From NCBI GenBank assembly GCA_017857175.1, contig JAFMDS010000001.1, positions 55,088 through 119,087 on the forward strand: a stretch of DNA of 64,000 bases, written 5' to 3'. Position numbers and translations under genes: made by a program. The notes beneath the pieces were generated by a model. The model was not told where the DNA came from, did not search any database, and saw only the letters and a program-made list of their open reading frames with translations. Positions 32,481 through 42,375 of the stretch are shown here, in pieces. The stretch comes from Candidatus Nanopelagicales bacterium (GTDB taxonomy: Bacteria > Actinomycetota > Actinomycetes > S36-B12). The first letter of the stretch is position 1. Each line of letters starts with the position of its first letter.

Positions 32481-33881
32481 TCAGAGGATTTCAAGGGCAC
32501 TGGTCAGCACTGAACGCAGTTTCTGCTCGATTTCATCAAACTCTGGCTGACCGATTATGAGCGGTGGCGCCAATTGAATGACAGGGTCGCCGCGGTCATC
32601 GGCACGGCAATAAAGACCGCTGTCGAATAGAGCTTTGGACAGGAATCCACGCAGGAGTCTTTCGGCTTCCTCGCCGCTAAAGGTCTCTTTGGTTTTCTTG
32701 TCTTTGACCAGTTCGATTCCATAGAAGTAGCCGGCGCCGCGTACATCACCCACAATGGGAAGGTCAGTTAGTTTCTCAAGGGTGCGACGGAAGTTTCCTT
32801 CATTGTTTTGGACGTTTTCATTGAGGCCTTCGCGCTCGAAAATGTCCAGGTTTGCCATAGCGACGGCGGCTGAAACAGGATGCCCGCCCCACGTGTAACC
32901 ATGGAGAAATGAGGTTGTGCCGTTTTTGAATGGCTCAAAGAGTCGATCACTTGCGATCATCGCGCCCAAGGGGGAGTATCCGGATGTCATTCCTTTGGCG
33001 CAGGTAATAATGTCTGGGGTTATGCCAAAACGGTTAACCGCAAAGTAATCGCCGATCCGACCAAAAGCGGTAATGGTTTCGTCAGCGACCATGAGGACGT
33101 CATATTCGTCGCAGATTTCGCGCACTCTTTCCAGATAACCGGGGGGAGGCGGAAAGCACCCACCAGAGTTTTGCACTGGTTCGACGAATACGGCGGCAAC
33201 GCTGTCAGGGCCTTCGAACTCGATTGCCTCAGCGATTCTATTGGCTGCCCAGAGTCCAAAAGCTTTTTCATCGCCCTGAAATTCCTCGGGAGCACGGTAA
33301 TAGTTCGTGTTAGGAACCTTTACGCCACCGGGAACGAGTGGTTCAAATGGAATCTTGGCATCAGGGATGCCCGTAATGCTCAACGCGCCCTGTGGGGTTC
33401 CGTGATAAGCAACCGCCCGGCTTATTACTTTGTGCTTAGTGCCTTTGCCCGTCAGCTTGAAAAATTGCTTGGCCAGTTTCCAAGCGGTTTCAACGGCTTC
33501 ACCGCCACCGGTGGTGAAGAAGACGCGGTTAAGGTCTCCGGGTGCCATGTGCGCCAGGCGCTCGGCAAGAAGAATGGCCTGGGGGTGTGCGTAAGACCAG
33601 ATGGGGAAAAACGCAAGTTCCTTCGCTTGCTTGGCCGCAGCATCAGCTAATTCATGCCGCCCATGACCGGCTTGCACGGTAAAAAGTCCGGAGAGCCCAT
33701 CAAAATATTTGTTACCTTGATCATCCCAAACGTAGGCACCCTCGCCTTTGGTGATGATGGGCACGTGATGGCCTTCAAAGTATGTTGAATGGCGCGTGAA
33801 GTGCATCCATAGATGGTCACGAGCCTTGTCAGCAAGGGCATCGGATCCGGATTCTGTTACGTATTGCGGAGTGGTTGTCAT
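32481..33881 (-). CDS. Class III (omega) aminotransferase, diamine/beta-alanine:pyruvate-type
   Basis: HLWMHFT, GEGAYVWD, DGLSGL, TGGGEAVE, YHG, DETITAFGR, TCAKG (PLP Lys), HGYTWGGHP. Confidence 0.9.
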   Translation of the reverse strand: MTTTPQYVTESGSDALADKARDHLWMHFTRHSTYFEGHHVPIITKGEGAYVWDDQGNKYFDGLSGLFTVQAGHGRHELADAAAKQAKELAFFPIWSYAHPQAILLAERLAHMAPGDLNRVFFTTGGGEAVETAWKLAKQFFKLTGKGTKHKVISRAVAYHGTPQGALSITGIPDAKIPFEPLVPGGVKVPNTNYYRAPEEFQGDEKAFGLWAANRIAEAIEFEGPDSVAAVFVEPVQNSGGCFPPPPGYLERVREICDEYDVLMVADETITAFGRIGDYFAVNRFGITPDIITCAKGMTSGYSPLGAMIASDRLFEPFKNGTTSFLHGYTWGGHPVSAAVAMANLDIFEREGLNENVQNNEGNFRRTLEKLTDLPIVGDVRGAGYFYGIELVKDKKTKETFSGEEAERLLRGFLSKALFDSGLYCRADDRGDPVIQLAPPLIIGQPEFDEIEQKLRSVLTSALEIL

Positions 33882-34348
33882 TTGGTTCCCCATGTGTAGG
33901 TTTGTTTTCGGAGTTTGAGATAGACGAAAGTTTCTGTCGAGGCGACCCCTGGAATAGATCTCACTTGAGTGTTGGTCAGGTGCAGAAGCTGTTCATCGTC
34001 AATGGTTACGCATTCGGCCAAAATGTCGTATTTACCTGCAACCACGACGAGATAATCGATTTCAGGGAGTTTCTCTAATTCTTGGGCTACCGCCTCCACA
34101 TCGCCGTGAACTGTTATTGCGATCATTGCTGACCGGTTAAATCCCACCTGGGCAGGATCGGTGACCGCCACAATTTGCATGACACCTGTGTCGTACATTT
34201 TTTGAACACGTTGGCGCACCGCTGCTTCAGAGAGCCCCACAGCTTTACCGATGGTTGCGTAGGGCCGACGGCCATCCTGTTGCAGCTGTTCGATGATGGC
34301 TTTTGAGGCATCGTCAAGCTGCGGAGCGTTGCGGGGACGTGGGGCCAT
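33878..34348 (-). CDS. Lrp/AsnC family transcriptional regulator
   Basis: LQQDGRRPYATIGKAVGLSEAAVRQRV HTH plus RAM domain. Confidence 0.95.
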   Translation of the reverse strand: MAPRPRNAPQLDDASKAIIEQLQQDGRRPYATIGKAVGLSEAAVRQRVQKMYDTGVMQIVAVTDPAQVGFNRSAMIAITVHGDVEAVAQELEKLPEIDYLVVVAGKYDILAECVTIDDEQLLHLTNTQVRSIPGVASTETFVYLKLRKQTYTWGTK

Positions 34349-34505
34349 ATATACATAATGACCTGATAAATCGCTTAAAGCAAGTGAATCCGCAATAAAT
34401 CATGGTTTTAACCACGAAAAGTTAAGTATTTTATGCAAAAGGATACCGAAAGCGTGAAACCGAAGGTAGGCTTTGGCTACGCAATTCGTGACTCTTGGAG
34501 GAACA

Positions 34506-35948
34506 ATGACTAGAACTTTACAAAACTTTGTTGGCGGAAAATTCGTTGAGACCCGAGAGGGCCAGTCCAGCGAATTGGTGAACCCAACCACGGGCGAGGT
34601 TTTTGCGTCAGCTCCCGTCTCAGGCGAAAACGACATTGACGCGGCCTATCAGATTGCTGCCACCGCATTCGAATCATGGAAAAACACCACTCCATCAGAG
34701 CGCCAGCAGGCATTGCTCAAGATTGCTCAAACTTTTGAGGATCATGCTGAAGAGCTTGTGGCTGTCGAAAGTGAGAACACCGGTAAGCCAATTCAGGTCA
34801 CCATGGATGAGGAAATTCCGCCCATGATCGATCAGATTCGGTTTTTTGCCGGAGCGGCGCGAGTGCTCGAAGGACGCGCTGCGGGTGAGTACATGACCGG
34901 GTTTACGTCAATGATTCGCCGCGAGCCAATCGGGGTTATTGGCCAGGTAACGCCCTGGAACTATCCCATGATGATGGCTGTCTGGAAGTACATCCCGGCC
35001 ATTGCTGCTGGAAATACCGTGGTGCTCAAGCCCAGCGATACAACTCCGGCCTCAACTCTGAAAATGGCCCAATTGATCGCTGACTCAGGTGCTCTACCTC
35101 CTGGTGTTTTCAATGTCGTTTGTGGTGACCGGAATACAGGTAAAGCACTCGTCGAACACAAGACGCCTCAAATGGTGTCCATTACTGGCTCGGTCCGCGC
35201 GGGTATTCAGGTAGCCCAGTCGGCAGCTCTGGACGTGAAGCGCGTTCATTTGGAACTGGGGGGTAAAGCTCCTGTAGTGGTTTTTGATGATGCGGATATT
35301 GCTGCTGCTGCGGAATGGCTTGCTGTCGCTGGCTTTTTCAATGCGGGTCAGGATTGCACCGCTGCAACTCGCATGCTGGTTGCCCCTGCAATCTATGACG
35401 ACTTCGTCGCGGCCATGGCCGAACAAGCGGCTGGTACGTCCACCACTTTTGTCGATGGTCCCACGGGTGATGGACTAGTTCCTCCCATGAATAACGTGAA
35501 TCAAATGAATCAGGTACTCGGCTTTCTCGATCGAGCCCCGAAGCATGCCCAAATTGTTGCAGGTGGTGCCCGACAAGGCGATAAAGGTTTCTACATTTCA
35601 CCAACAGTTGTCGCGGGCTTAAAGCAAGAAGATGAAATGATTCAGAACGAAATTTTTGGGCCAGTTATAACTATCCAGAAATTCGACGATGAAGCCCAAG
35701 CCTTGCAGTATGCAAACGGGGTGAATTATGGGTTGGCGTCATCAGTATGGACAAAGGACTTTGGTCGCGCCATGCGCATGGCAAAGGCTCTCGACTTTGG
35801 TTGTGTCTGGATCAACACGCACATTCCATTGGTCGCTGAAATGCCGCACGGTGGATTCAAACATTCAGGCTATGGCAAGGACTTGTCCATGTATGGTTTT
35901 GAGGACTACACCCGAATCAAGCATGTCATGGCAAATATTGATTCATAG
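34506..35948 (+). CDS. Aminoaldehyde (gamma-aminobutyraldehyde) dehydrogenase, copy 1
   Basis: RFFAGAAR, PWNYP, ITGS, HLELGGKAP, FNAGQDCTAATR, EMPHGGFKHSGYGKD; GGAGGA SD. Confidence 0.9.
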   Translation: MTRTLQNFVGGKFVETREGQSSELVNPTTGEVFASAPVSGENDIDAAYQIAATAFESWKNTTPSERQQALLKIAQTFEDHAEELVAVESENTGKPIQVTMDEEIPPMIDQIRFFAGAARVLEGRAAGEYMTGFTSMIRREPIGVIGQVTPWNYPMMMAVWKYIPAIAAGNTVVLKPSDTTPASTLKMAQLIADSGALPPGVFNVVCGDRNTGKALVEHKTPQMVSITGSVRAGIQVAQSAALDVKRVHLELGGKAPVVVFDDADIAAAAEWLAVAGFFNAGQDCTAATRMLVAPAIYDDFVAAMAEQAAGTSTTFVDGPTGDGLVPPMNNVNQMNQVLGFLDRAPKHAQIVAGGARQGDKGFYISPTVVAGLKQEDEMIQNEIFGPVITIQKFDDEAQALQYANGVNYGLASSVWTKDFGRAMRMAKALDFGCVWINTHIPLVAEMPHGGFKHSGYGKDLSMYGFEDYTRIKHVMANIDS

Positions 35949-35966
35949 ATTTTCGAGTTGCAAGCA

Positions 35967-35998
35967 TGAGGGGCGGTGCCAATTGGCGCCGCCCCTCA
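35967..35998. terminator. Strong hairpin between convergent genes
   Basis: TGAGGGGCGGTGCC-AATT-GGCGCCGCCCCTCA. Confidence 0.8.
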
Positions 35999-36018
35999 CT
36001 TGATCTATCGCGTTATTA

Positions 36019-37236
36019 CTAGCTGCCACCCTCATTGAGTGTGACCGTTAGTGGTGCGAATCCATCACCGGTGACATTGAGCCCCTCAGCCTCGAGTGCA
36101 GCGTCGGCTGCCTCCGCGTACTGATTTGTATAGGCCTCAGCGTCTGGCGCGCTTGAGATGATCGCCACACCTTCAAGGTTCTTGGTGTTTGTTGCCACGG
36201 CAACCGTCTGATCCCAGAGCGCAGGATCGGTGACGCCAACACCTGCGGGTGATGGCCACACCAGCTTGTTTACTTCGTTCATCATCCACAACTGGTGGCT
36301 TGCGCCAAGCATGGATCCATTGGCCGTGATGATGTCAGCACATTCCTGTGCGTTATCGCGGCAGTAAATCCAGCCCTTGAGAGATGCGGTGACAAAGCGC
36401 TGTGTCTGATCTTGGTAAGCAGAGTCAGACAAACGCTCCTGTGATGCCCAGATTGCGTCTTGGTACATGGCCACACCAAAATCATTCCAGTTCAATACAT
36501 TGAAATCGGCTGGCTGGTAAAGCTCACCGGTGTCGGGGTTGACTGCTTCAAGTACCATTGCGTACTCGTTGTAGGTCATGGCCTGTGCTGCATCAATCTC
36601 ACGGTTGAGCAGTGCCTGCATGTCAAATTGCTGTTGCACCATTTCCATATCGCCCGTTGGGGTCAAACCAGCGGCATCAATTGCGGCGAGGAGTTCATAT
36701 TCATTGCCGAATCCCCAGTTGCCGACCTTCTTGCCAGCTAGGTCTGCTGGAGTGCTGATACCTGAATCAGCCCACGAAACCTGAAGGGTTCCGGAGCGCT
36801 GGTATACCTGAGCAACATTGGTGATCATCGCGCCCTGTTCGCGCGATGACAGTGCCTTGGGAACCCACGCAATTGCGTAGTCGGCTCCACCTTGTGCAAG
36901 AACTGTCTGAGGAACGATGTCGAGGCCACCTTCGAGGAGTGTGACGTCGAGACATTGCTCTTCATAGAAGCCCTTGTCTTTGGCCGCGTAGTAGCCGCCG
37001 AATTGGGCCTGCACGAACCACTGCAGTTGCAGACTCACGGGTGTGAGTTCCGTGCACTCGCCTGTTCCTGCAGCGTCTGTTGCTGTTTCTTCTGCCGCAC
37101 TTTCCTCTGTGGTTGCCGTGGCATCAGCCGCAGTGTCAGTGGTGTCTGAACTGCTGCTGCACGCTGACAGAGCAAGCGCAACGACAGTTGCAACGCCGGC
37201 TATTTTGGCGATGCGACTATGTGCTTTTGCGCGCAT
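36019..37236 (-). CDS. ABC substrate-binding lipoprotein, NMT1/THI5-like
   Basis: Lipobox LSAC, acidic Thr/Ala linker, LQLQWFVQAQFGGYYAA, AMTYNE. Confidence 0.88.
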   Translation of the reverse strand: MRAKAHSRIAKIAGVATVVALALSACSSSSDTTDTAADATATTEESAAEETATDAAGTGECTELTPVSLQLQWFVQAQFGGYYAAKDKGFYEEQCLDVTLLEGGLDIVPQTVLAQGGADYAIAWVPKALSSREQGAMITNVAQVYQRSGTLQVSWADSGISTPADLAGKKVGNWGFGNEYELLAAIDAAGLTPTGDMEMVQQQFDMQALLNREIDAAQAMTYNEYAMVLEAVNPDTGELYQPADFNVLNWNDFGVAMYQDAIWASQERLSDSAYQDQTQRFVTASLKGWIYCRDNAQECADIITANGSMLGASHQLWMMNEVNKLVWPSPAGVGVTDPALWDQTVAVATNTKNLEGVAIISSAPDAEAYTNQYAEAADAALEAEGLNVTGDGFAPLTVTLNEGGS

Positions 37237-37255
37237 TGTTCCTCCTTGTTATGTG

Positions 37256-38056
37256 TCAGGTCGACCGGGTTCGACCTGTCCAGGGTGTTGTCCACTTTTC
37301 AACAGCCACTACCACGAGGTAGAAGATCAGGCCGGTGATGATGGATGCCACGACGTATGCCCACGCTCGACCATATGCCGTGTTAGCTGCCGCACTTGCG
37401 ATGCGAGAGCCAAGTCCTTCTTGGGGGCCGCCAAAATACTCAGCGACCAATGCAGCAATGACCGCCAATGGCGCAGCCACTTTGAGTCCGGTGAAGAAAA
37501 ATGGAATTGCATTCGGAATACGTAGCACCTTGAGTGTGGTTCTCGGGTGCGCATTCATTGAGCGCATAAGTTCGAGTTGAACAGGCTTAACCTGAAGCAA
37601 ACCGCGCGTCACGTTCACGAACATGGGGAACAGAACGATGATCATGGTGACGAGAACCCGCGGGGTGCGGCTGGTGATGTTGAACATGTTGTTCAAAATA
37701 GGTGTCAAAGCAATGATTGGCACAGCCGCGAGGCCTGCAGCGAGCGGTGTCACCAAATGGTTGACGACGATGAAGCGTGATGCGAGTAGCGCCATGACCA
37801 ACCCAAGAACTGTTCCAAGTACAAGTCCAAGGAATGCTGTTGTCCCCGTGTAAAACGCTGCTGCCCACATGAGGGATAAGTCTGTGAAAAAATTAGTCAC
37901 GATCAGACTAGGCGCAGGGAGCAAATACGGCTGGATATCTCTGGCAACTACAAATATTTGCCAAGCAGCCAAGAAGAGGACTGCAATTAAAATAGGGGGC
38001 CAAATTCCGCTGAACCGGCCTGTCCTGCGTGATTGCGCAGCTGTTTGTGTAGACAT
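37256..38056 (-). CDS. ABC permease (SsuC/TauC-type)
   Basis: YLLPAPS, PIIALTP, LRIPNAIPFFFTGLK, VAEYFG. Confidence 0.9.
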   Translation of the reverse strand: MSTQTAAQSRRTGRFSGIWPPILIAVLFLAAWQIFVVARDIQPYLLPAPSLIVTNFFTDLSLMWAAAFYTGTTAFLGLVLGTVLGLVMALLASRFIVVNHLVTPLAAGLAAVPIIALTPILNNMFNITSRTPRVLVTMIIVLFPMFVNVTRGLLQVKPVQLELMRSMNAHPRTTLKVLRIPNAIPFFFTGLKVAAPLAVIAALVAEYFGGPQEGLGSRIASAAANTAYGRAWAYVVASIITGLIFYLVVVAVEKWTTPWTGRTRST

Positions 38057-38874
38057 TAGAGTTCTTCAATCCGTGGCGGACTCGCTGAGGCGGAGCGCCC
38101 GCGCAGGGCTTCACGCACGGCAGTGACTCCAGCGTAAAAAGTATCTGTTTCGCGGGTGTCTTCATTGCGCTCACCGAGTTCGATGGGGACCGTATGTGTA
38201 ATGCGGCCGGGCCGTGGTGACATCACGATAACTCGGTCTGAGAGATACACGGCTTCAGGGATTGAGTGTGTGACAAAAATAATTGTCTTCCCCGTCTCCT
38301 GACAAATTCGGAGAAGTTCGTTTTGCATGCGCTCACGAGTCATTTCATCGAGTGCACCGAATGGTTCATCCATGAGAAGGAGTGGGGGATCAACGGCAAG
38401 TGACCGTGCAATGGCTACACGCTGTTGCATTCCACCGGAAAGCTCCCAAGGTCGGTGTTCGGCAAAATCGCTCAATTGCACAAGTTCTAGGAGTTCCAAT
38501 GCACGCTCACGCCGTTCCTTCTTGCCAAGTCCCTGCAGTTCAAGTGGCAACTCCACATTGCGACGCACCGTACGCCAATCAAAAAGGGCCGCCTGCTGGA
38601 ATGCGATTCCATACAGTTGCTTCTCGCGAGCGACAGGTGCCGTTTCACCAGCGATGAATACTTCACCACGCGTTGCACCCGTCAGATCACCGATAACACG
38701 GAGCAGGGTGCTCTTTCCACAGCCGGAGGGTCCAATAAGTGAGATGAATTCTCCGGGCTTAACGCTCAGATTGATATCTGACAGCGCGGTAACCTCGTTA
38801 TTGGAGCCTTCATTGAAAATCTTCCAGAGGCCTTGGACGTCCACGGCCTGATGTGATGTCTGAACACTGCTCAT
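38056..38874 (-). CDS. ABC ATP-binding protein (SsuB/TauB-type)
   Basis: GPSGCGKST, LSGGMQQR, LLMDEPFGALD, FVTH. Confidence 0.95.
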   Translation of the reverse strand: MSSVQTSHQAVDVQGLWKIFNEGSNNEVTALSDINLSVKPGEFISLIGPSGCGKSTLLRVIGDLTGATRGEVFIAGETAPVAREKQLYGIAFQQAALFDWRTVRRNVELPLELQGLGKKERRERALELLELVQLSDFAEHRPWELSGGMQQRVAIARSLAVDPPLLLMDEPFGALDEMTRERMQNELLRICQETGKTIIFVTHSIPEAVYLSDRVIVMSPRPGRITHTVPIELGERNEDTRETDTFYAGVTAVREALRGRSASASPPRIEEL

Positions 38875-39767
38875 GCTTGTGACTCCTTGGGCAGATTGCG
38901 GGTCAGGTACAGGTCGAGAGCTGAAACTAGGGCAGCGGCTGCCAGCCCCAAAGCGATAGCTCCGAAGACTGCAACATAGACCTTTGCAGGTTGCGATGTT
39001 GTTTCTCGCGCATATTCAATGAGTAAACGACCCACGCCACCTTTAACGCCGGTCGAAATCTCCGCGACGACGGTGCCAACAACGGCCGCTGCGGCAGAAA
39101 CTTTGAGAGCCGGCACTAGATAGGGCACCGATGATGGGAAGCGAAGTTTCCATAGCATTTGGTTAGGGCGAGCGGCATATGAGCGCATAAGTTCTAGCGA
39201 TGTCGCACTGGGCGCTTGTAATCCACGCAAGGCTCCAACAGACAGAGGGAAGAACGCGAGGTATGCGGCGATGAACATAACGGAATACGTTGTGGTCCAC
39301 TCGATAGGTCCGAATGAAATCCGATTTCCAAGCCCAACGATGAGTGGTGCGAGGGCAATGAGGGGAACCGTCTGCGAGGCAATGACAAATGGCAGCAGTC
39401 CACGTTCAAAAAACGCGAACCGCTGCATGATGACCGCAAGAACAATTCCAAACGTGACTCCAATGGTAAATCCACCGAGAGCAATTTTGAGAGATGTCAA
39501 GGTCGCCGAAACGACAGCCTGGAGAACCGTTGTATCGGAACCACGAACCACCGGATTGCTAAATGCGTCCACCATGGTCCAAACATGCGGCATCGATGTA
39601 TCGGAAGTGTTGATCGGTAACTCGATGAAAGAACCCAGAAATTTAACGGCCTCCCACATGAGAACCACGAGGACCACACCAGCGAGTGCCCACAGAATGG
39701 AGATCACTCCACGCTGCACCCGCGTGCGCGTGGCACCGCGTTGTTTACCGCTAACAGGCTCGCTCAC
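38871..39767 (-). CDS. ABC permease (SsuC/TauC-type)
   Basis: SQTVPLIALAP, LRFPSSVPYL, VVAEIS. Confidence 0.9.
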   Translation of the reverse strand: MSEPVSGKQRGATRTRVQRGVISILWALAGVVLVVLMWEAVKFLGSFIELPINTSDTSMPHVWTMVDAFSNPVVRGSDTTVLQAVVSATLTSLKIALGGFTIGVTFGIVLAVIMQRFAFFERGLLPFVIASQTVPLIALAPLIVGLGNRISFGPIEWTTTYSVMFIAAYLAFFPLSVGALRGLQAPSATSLELMRSYAARPNQMLWKLRFPSSVPYLVPALKVSAAAAVVGTVVAEISTGVKGGVGRLLIEYARETTSQPAKVYVAVFGAIALGLAAAALVSALDLYLTRNLPKESQA

Positions 39768-39770
39768 GAA

Positions 39771-40790
39771 TTACTCTTTCGCTAGCACTACGTCTGAGAT
39801 TGCCGGAATAATTTTCTCGCCGTACTGCGCGAGAGTGTGATCCTTGTCGTCGTGCTGCAAATAGAGCGCGAACTGATCCACACCCAATGCTTTGAGTTCT
39901 TCTAAACGGCGAATATGTTCTTCGGGAGGCCCAATGATGCAGAACCTGTCAATGATTTCGTCGGGGACAAAGTCTGTGTGAGTGTTGCCCGATTGACCAT
40001 GTTGGTTGTAGTCATATCCTTGGCGGTTCTTGATGTAATCGGTTAAAGCCTGCGGCACTGCACCACCATTGTCCCCGTAGCGCTCGACAATGTCTGCCAC
40101 ATGGTTTCCGACCATGCCACCGAACCAACGCAATTGATCCCGTGCGTGGGCGTGGTCCTCGGTGACGTATGCCGGAGCCGCAACGCATATGTAGATTGAT
40201 TCAGGATCCCTGCCTGCCGCTGCGGCTGCATCCTTGACCGCCTTAATTGTCCATTCAGCTATTGAAGGGTCAGCAAGCTGCAAAATGAATCCGTCGCCCA
40301 CCTCACCCGTGAGTGCTAGAACCTTGGGGCCATAGGCGGCAACCATGACATCGGTTCGACTCTCGCCGGCCCAAGGAAGTCGGATGTTGTTGCCCTTGTA
40401 CTCAACCGACTCGCCATTAACCAAACCTTTGAGCTCGAGCACGGACTGCCGCAATTCGCCGACGGTGACAGGTTTGCCGTTGGTGACCCTGACAGCTGAG
40501 TCTCCGCGTCCAATTCCAATCACTGTTCGGTTTCCGTACATCTCATTGAGTGTTGCAAAAACCGACGCGGTCACGGTGATGTCTCGTGTTGCGGGATTGG
40601 TCACCATGGGACCGATCTTGATTTTGCGGGTTTCATCGAGGATCTTGCTGTAAATCACGTAGGGCTCTTCCCACAAAATATGTGAGTCAAATGTCCACAC
40701 GTAACTAAAGCCAAAGGTCTCTGCGCGTCGAGCAAGGTCGACTACCCGTGCTGCTGGTGGTGTGCATTGAAGTACTACGCCGATATCCAT
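39771..40790 (-). CDS. LLM-class, Mer-like putative F420-dependent oxidoreductase (resembles TIGR03842/CPS_4043 family)
   Basis: 339 aa; WTFDSHILWEEP, IGPMVTNPATRD, GIGRGDSA, AAYGPK, GEVGDGFI, LGVDQF. Confidence 0.85.
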   Translation of the reverse strand: MDIGVVLQCTPPAARVVDLARRAETFGFSYVWTFDSHILWEEPYVIYSKILDETRKIKIGPMVTNPATRDITVTASVFATLNEMYGNRTVIGIGRGDSAVRVTNGKPVTVGELRQSVLELKGLVNGESVEYKGNNIRLPWAGESRTDVMVAAYGPKVLALTGEVGDGFILQLADPSIAEWTIKAVKDAAAAAGRDPESIYICVAAPAYVTEDHAHARDQLRWFGGMVGNHVADIVERYGDNGGAVPQALTDYIKNRQGYDYNQHGQSGNTHTDFVPDEIIDRFCIIGPPEEHIRRLEELKALGVDQFALYLQHDDKDHTLAQYGEKIIPAISDVVLAKE

Positions 40791-40833
40791 CGTGATCCTC
40801 CTATTGATTCAGGGTCGTGAACTATTCGAGTTT

Positions 40834-42321
40834 TTAACGAGTGAGTGGGAAGCCGAGATCCACCGATGATGTTGATGGGTCAGGCCAACGGGACGTAACC
40901 GTTTTGGTGCGGGTGTAGAACTCGAGGCCTGCTGGTCCATACATATTGATGTCGCCGAACAGCGAGGCCTTCCAGCCGCCAAAGCTGTAGTAGCCAACAG
41001 GAACGGGGATGGGAACGTTGATTCCCACCATGCCAACTTGGATGTCAAACTGGAATTGACGCGCGGCTCCACCGTCACGGGTGAAGATCGCTGTGCCATT
41101 ACCGTATTGATGCTTGTTGATTAGGTCCACAGCGTCTTCATAGGTATCAACGCGAGTGATGCTCAGCACTGGTCCAAAGATCTCTTCGTCATAGACCTTC
41201 ATCCCAGGTTTGACATTGTCAATGAGTGACGGAGCAAGAAAGAAACCTTCAGCGGGAAGATCGTTCACACGACCGTCCACCACGAGTGTTGCACCTTCTG
41301 CTGCAGCACCCTCGAGATACGAGGCCACCTTGTCTCGATGTTCACGAGTGATAAGCGGACCCATTTCAGCAGTGGGGTCCGTGCCGGGGCCAGTGATCAA
41401 CTTGGGTAGGCGTTCCTGGATTGCTTCGATTAATTTGTCGCCGATTCCGCCCACGGCCACGACAACGGAGATAGCCATGCAGCGCTCACCGGCGGAACCA
41501 AAACCAGCACTGACAGCAGCGTCAGCAGCCATATTGATATCGGCATCGGGCAGAACCACCATGTGGTTTTTAGCTCCACCAAGTGCTTGAACGCGCTTAC
41601 CGTTGGCAGTTCCCGTTGAGTAGATGTAGCGCGCGATGGGAGTTGAGCCGACAAAGCTGATGGCAGCAATTGCGGGGTGTTCAAGCAGGCGATCAACAGC
41701 AACCTTGTCCCCTTGAAGAACGGTGAAGACGCCATCGGGTAGGCCGGCCTTTTTCAACAGCTCGGCCATGTAGAGGGAAACGGAGGGATCCTTTTCACTG
41801 GGCTTGAGCACAAAGCAGTTGCCTGTTGCGATGGCATTTGCAAACATCCACATGGGAACCATTGCTGGGAAGTTAAATGGAGTAATGCCTGCCACGACGC
41901 CGAGTGGTTGGCGGAGGGAATAAACGTCGATCCCGGATGACACCTGCTCGCTGTATCCACCTTTGAGCAACGTGGGGATACTGCACGCAAATTCGATGTT
42001 CTCAATTCCTCGAGCAAGTTCTCCGGCAGCATCGCTGGGCACTTTTCCGTGTTCGATGGATACGAGTTCAGCGATGTAGTCCCTGTTTTCTACAACCAAT
42101 TCACGAAACCGAAACATGATCTCGGTGCGCTTAGAAATTGACATGGAGCGCCAAGTGACATAAGCCCGTGCGGCTGACTCGATTGCTGCGTCAACTTCGG
42201 AGACGCTGGCCAGACCCACCTGGGCTTGTTGTTCACCCGTAGCAGGATTAAACACGGGGGCAAAAGAGCCCGAGGTAGATGGCGTTAGTTTTCCGTCGAT
42301 CCAATGGTCAATCGTCTTCAC
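40834..42321 (-). CDS. mmsA: CoA-acylating (methyl)malonate-semialdehyde dehydrogenase
   Basis: ITPFNFPAMVPMWM, LKPSEKDP, ALGGAKNH, GSAGERCMA, GINVPIPVP. Confidence 0.93.
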   Translation of the reverse strand: MKTIDHWIDGKLTPSTSGSFAPVFNPATGEQQAQVGLASVSEVDAAIESAARAYVTWRSMSISKRTEIMFRFRELVVENRDYIAELVSIEHGKVPSDAAGELARGIENIEFACSIPTLLKGGYSEQVSSGIDVYSLRQPLGVVAGITPFNFPAMVPMWMFANAIATGNCFVLKPSEKDPSVSLYMAELLKKAGLPDGVFTVLQGDKVAVDRLLEHPAIAAISFVGSTPIARYIYSTGTANGKRVQALGGAKNHMVVLPDADINMAADAAVSAGFGSAGERCMAISVVVAVGGIGDKLIEAIQERLPKLITGPGTDPTAEMGPLITREHRDKVASYLEGAAAEGATLVVDGRVNDLPAEGFFLAPSLIDNVKPGMKVYDEEIFGPVLSITRVDTYEDAVDLINKHQYGNGTAIFTRDGGAARQFQFDIQVGMVGINVPIPVPVGYYSFGGWKASLFGDINMYGPAGLEFYTRTKTVTSRWPDPSTSSVDLGFPLTR

Positions 42322-42375
42322 AGTATTAGCTCCATAGTTGATTGTTGTGATATTGATTTGGTTCCGATTGCGCTG

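Noticed and set aside
34349..34505. Lrp operator repeats (GAATCCG/GATACCG/GAAACCG) in the AT-rich divergent promoter
   Set aside because: Plausible but too short and degenerate to support by eye
39771..40790. LLM protein as RutA (oxidative Rut pathway)
   Set aside because: No rutB/C/D/F partners; neighbours are reductive-pathway enzymes and the motifs look Mer-like; disfavoured, not excluded
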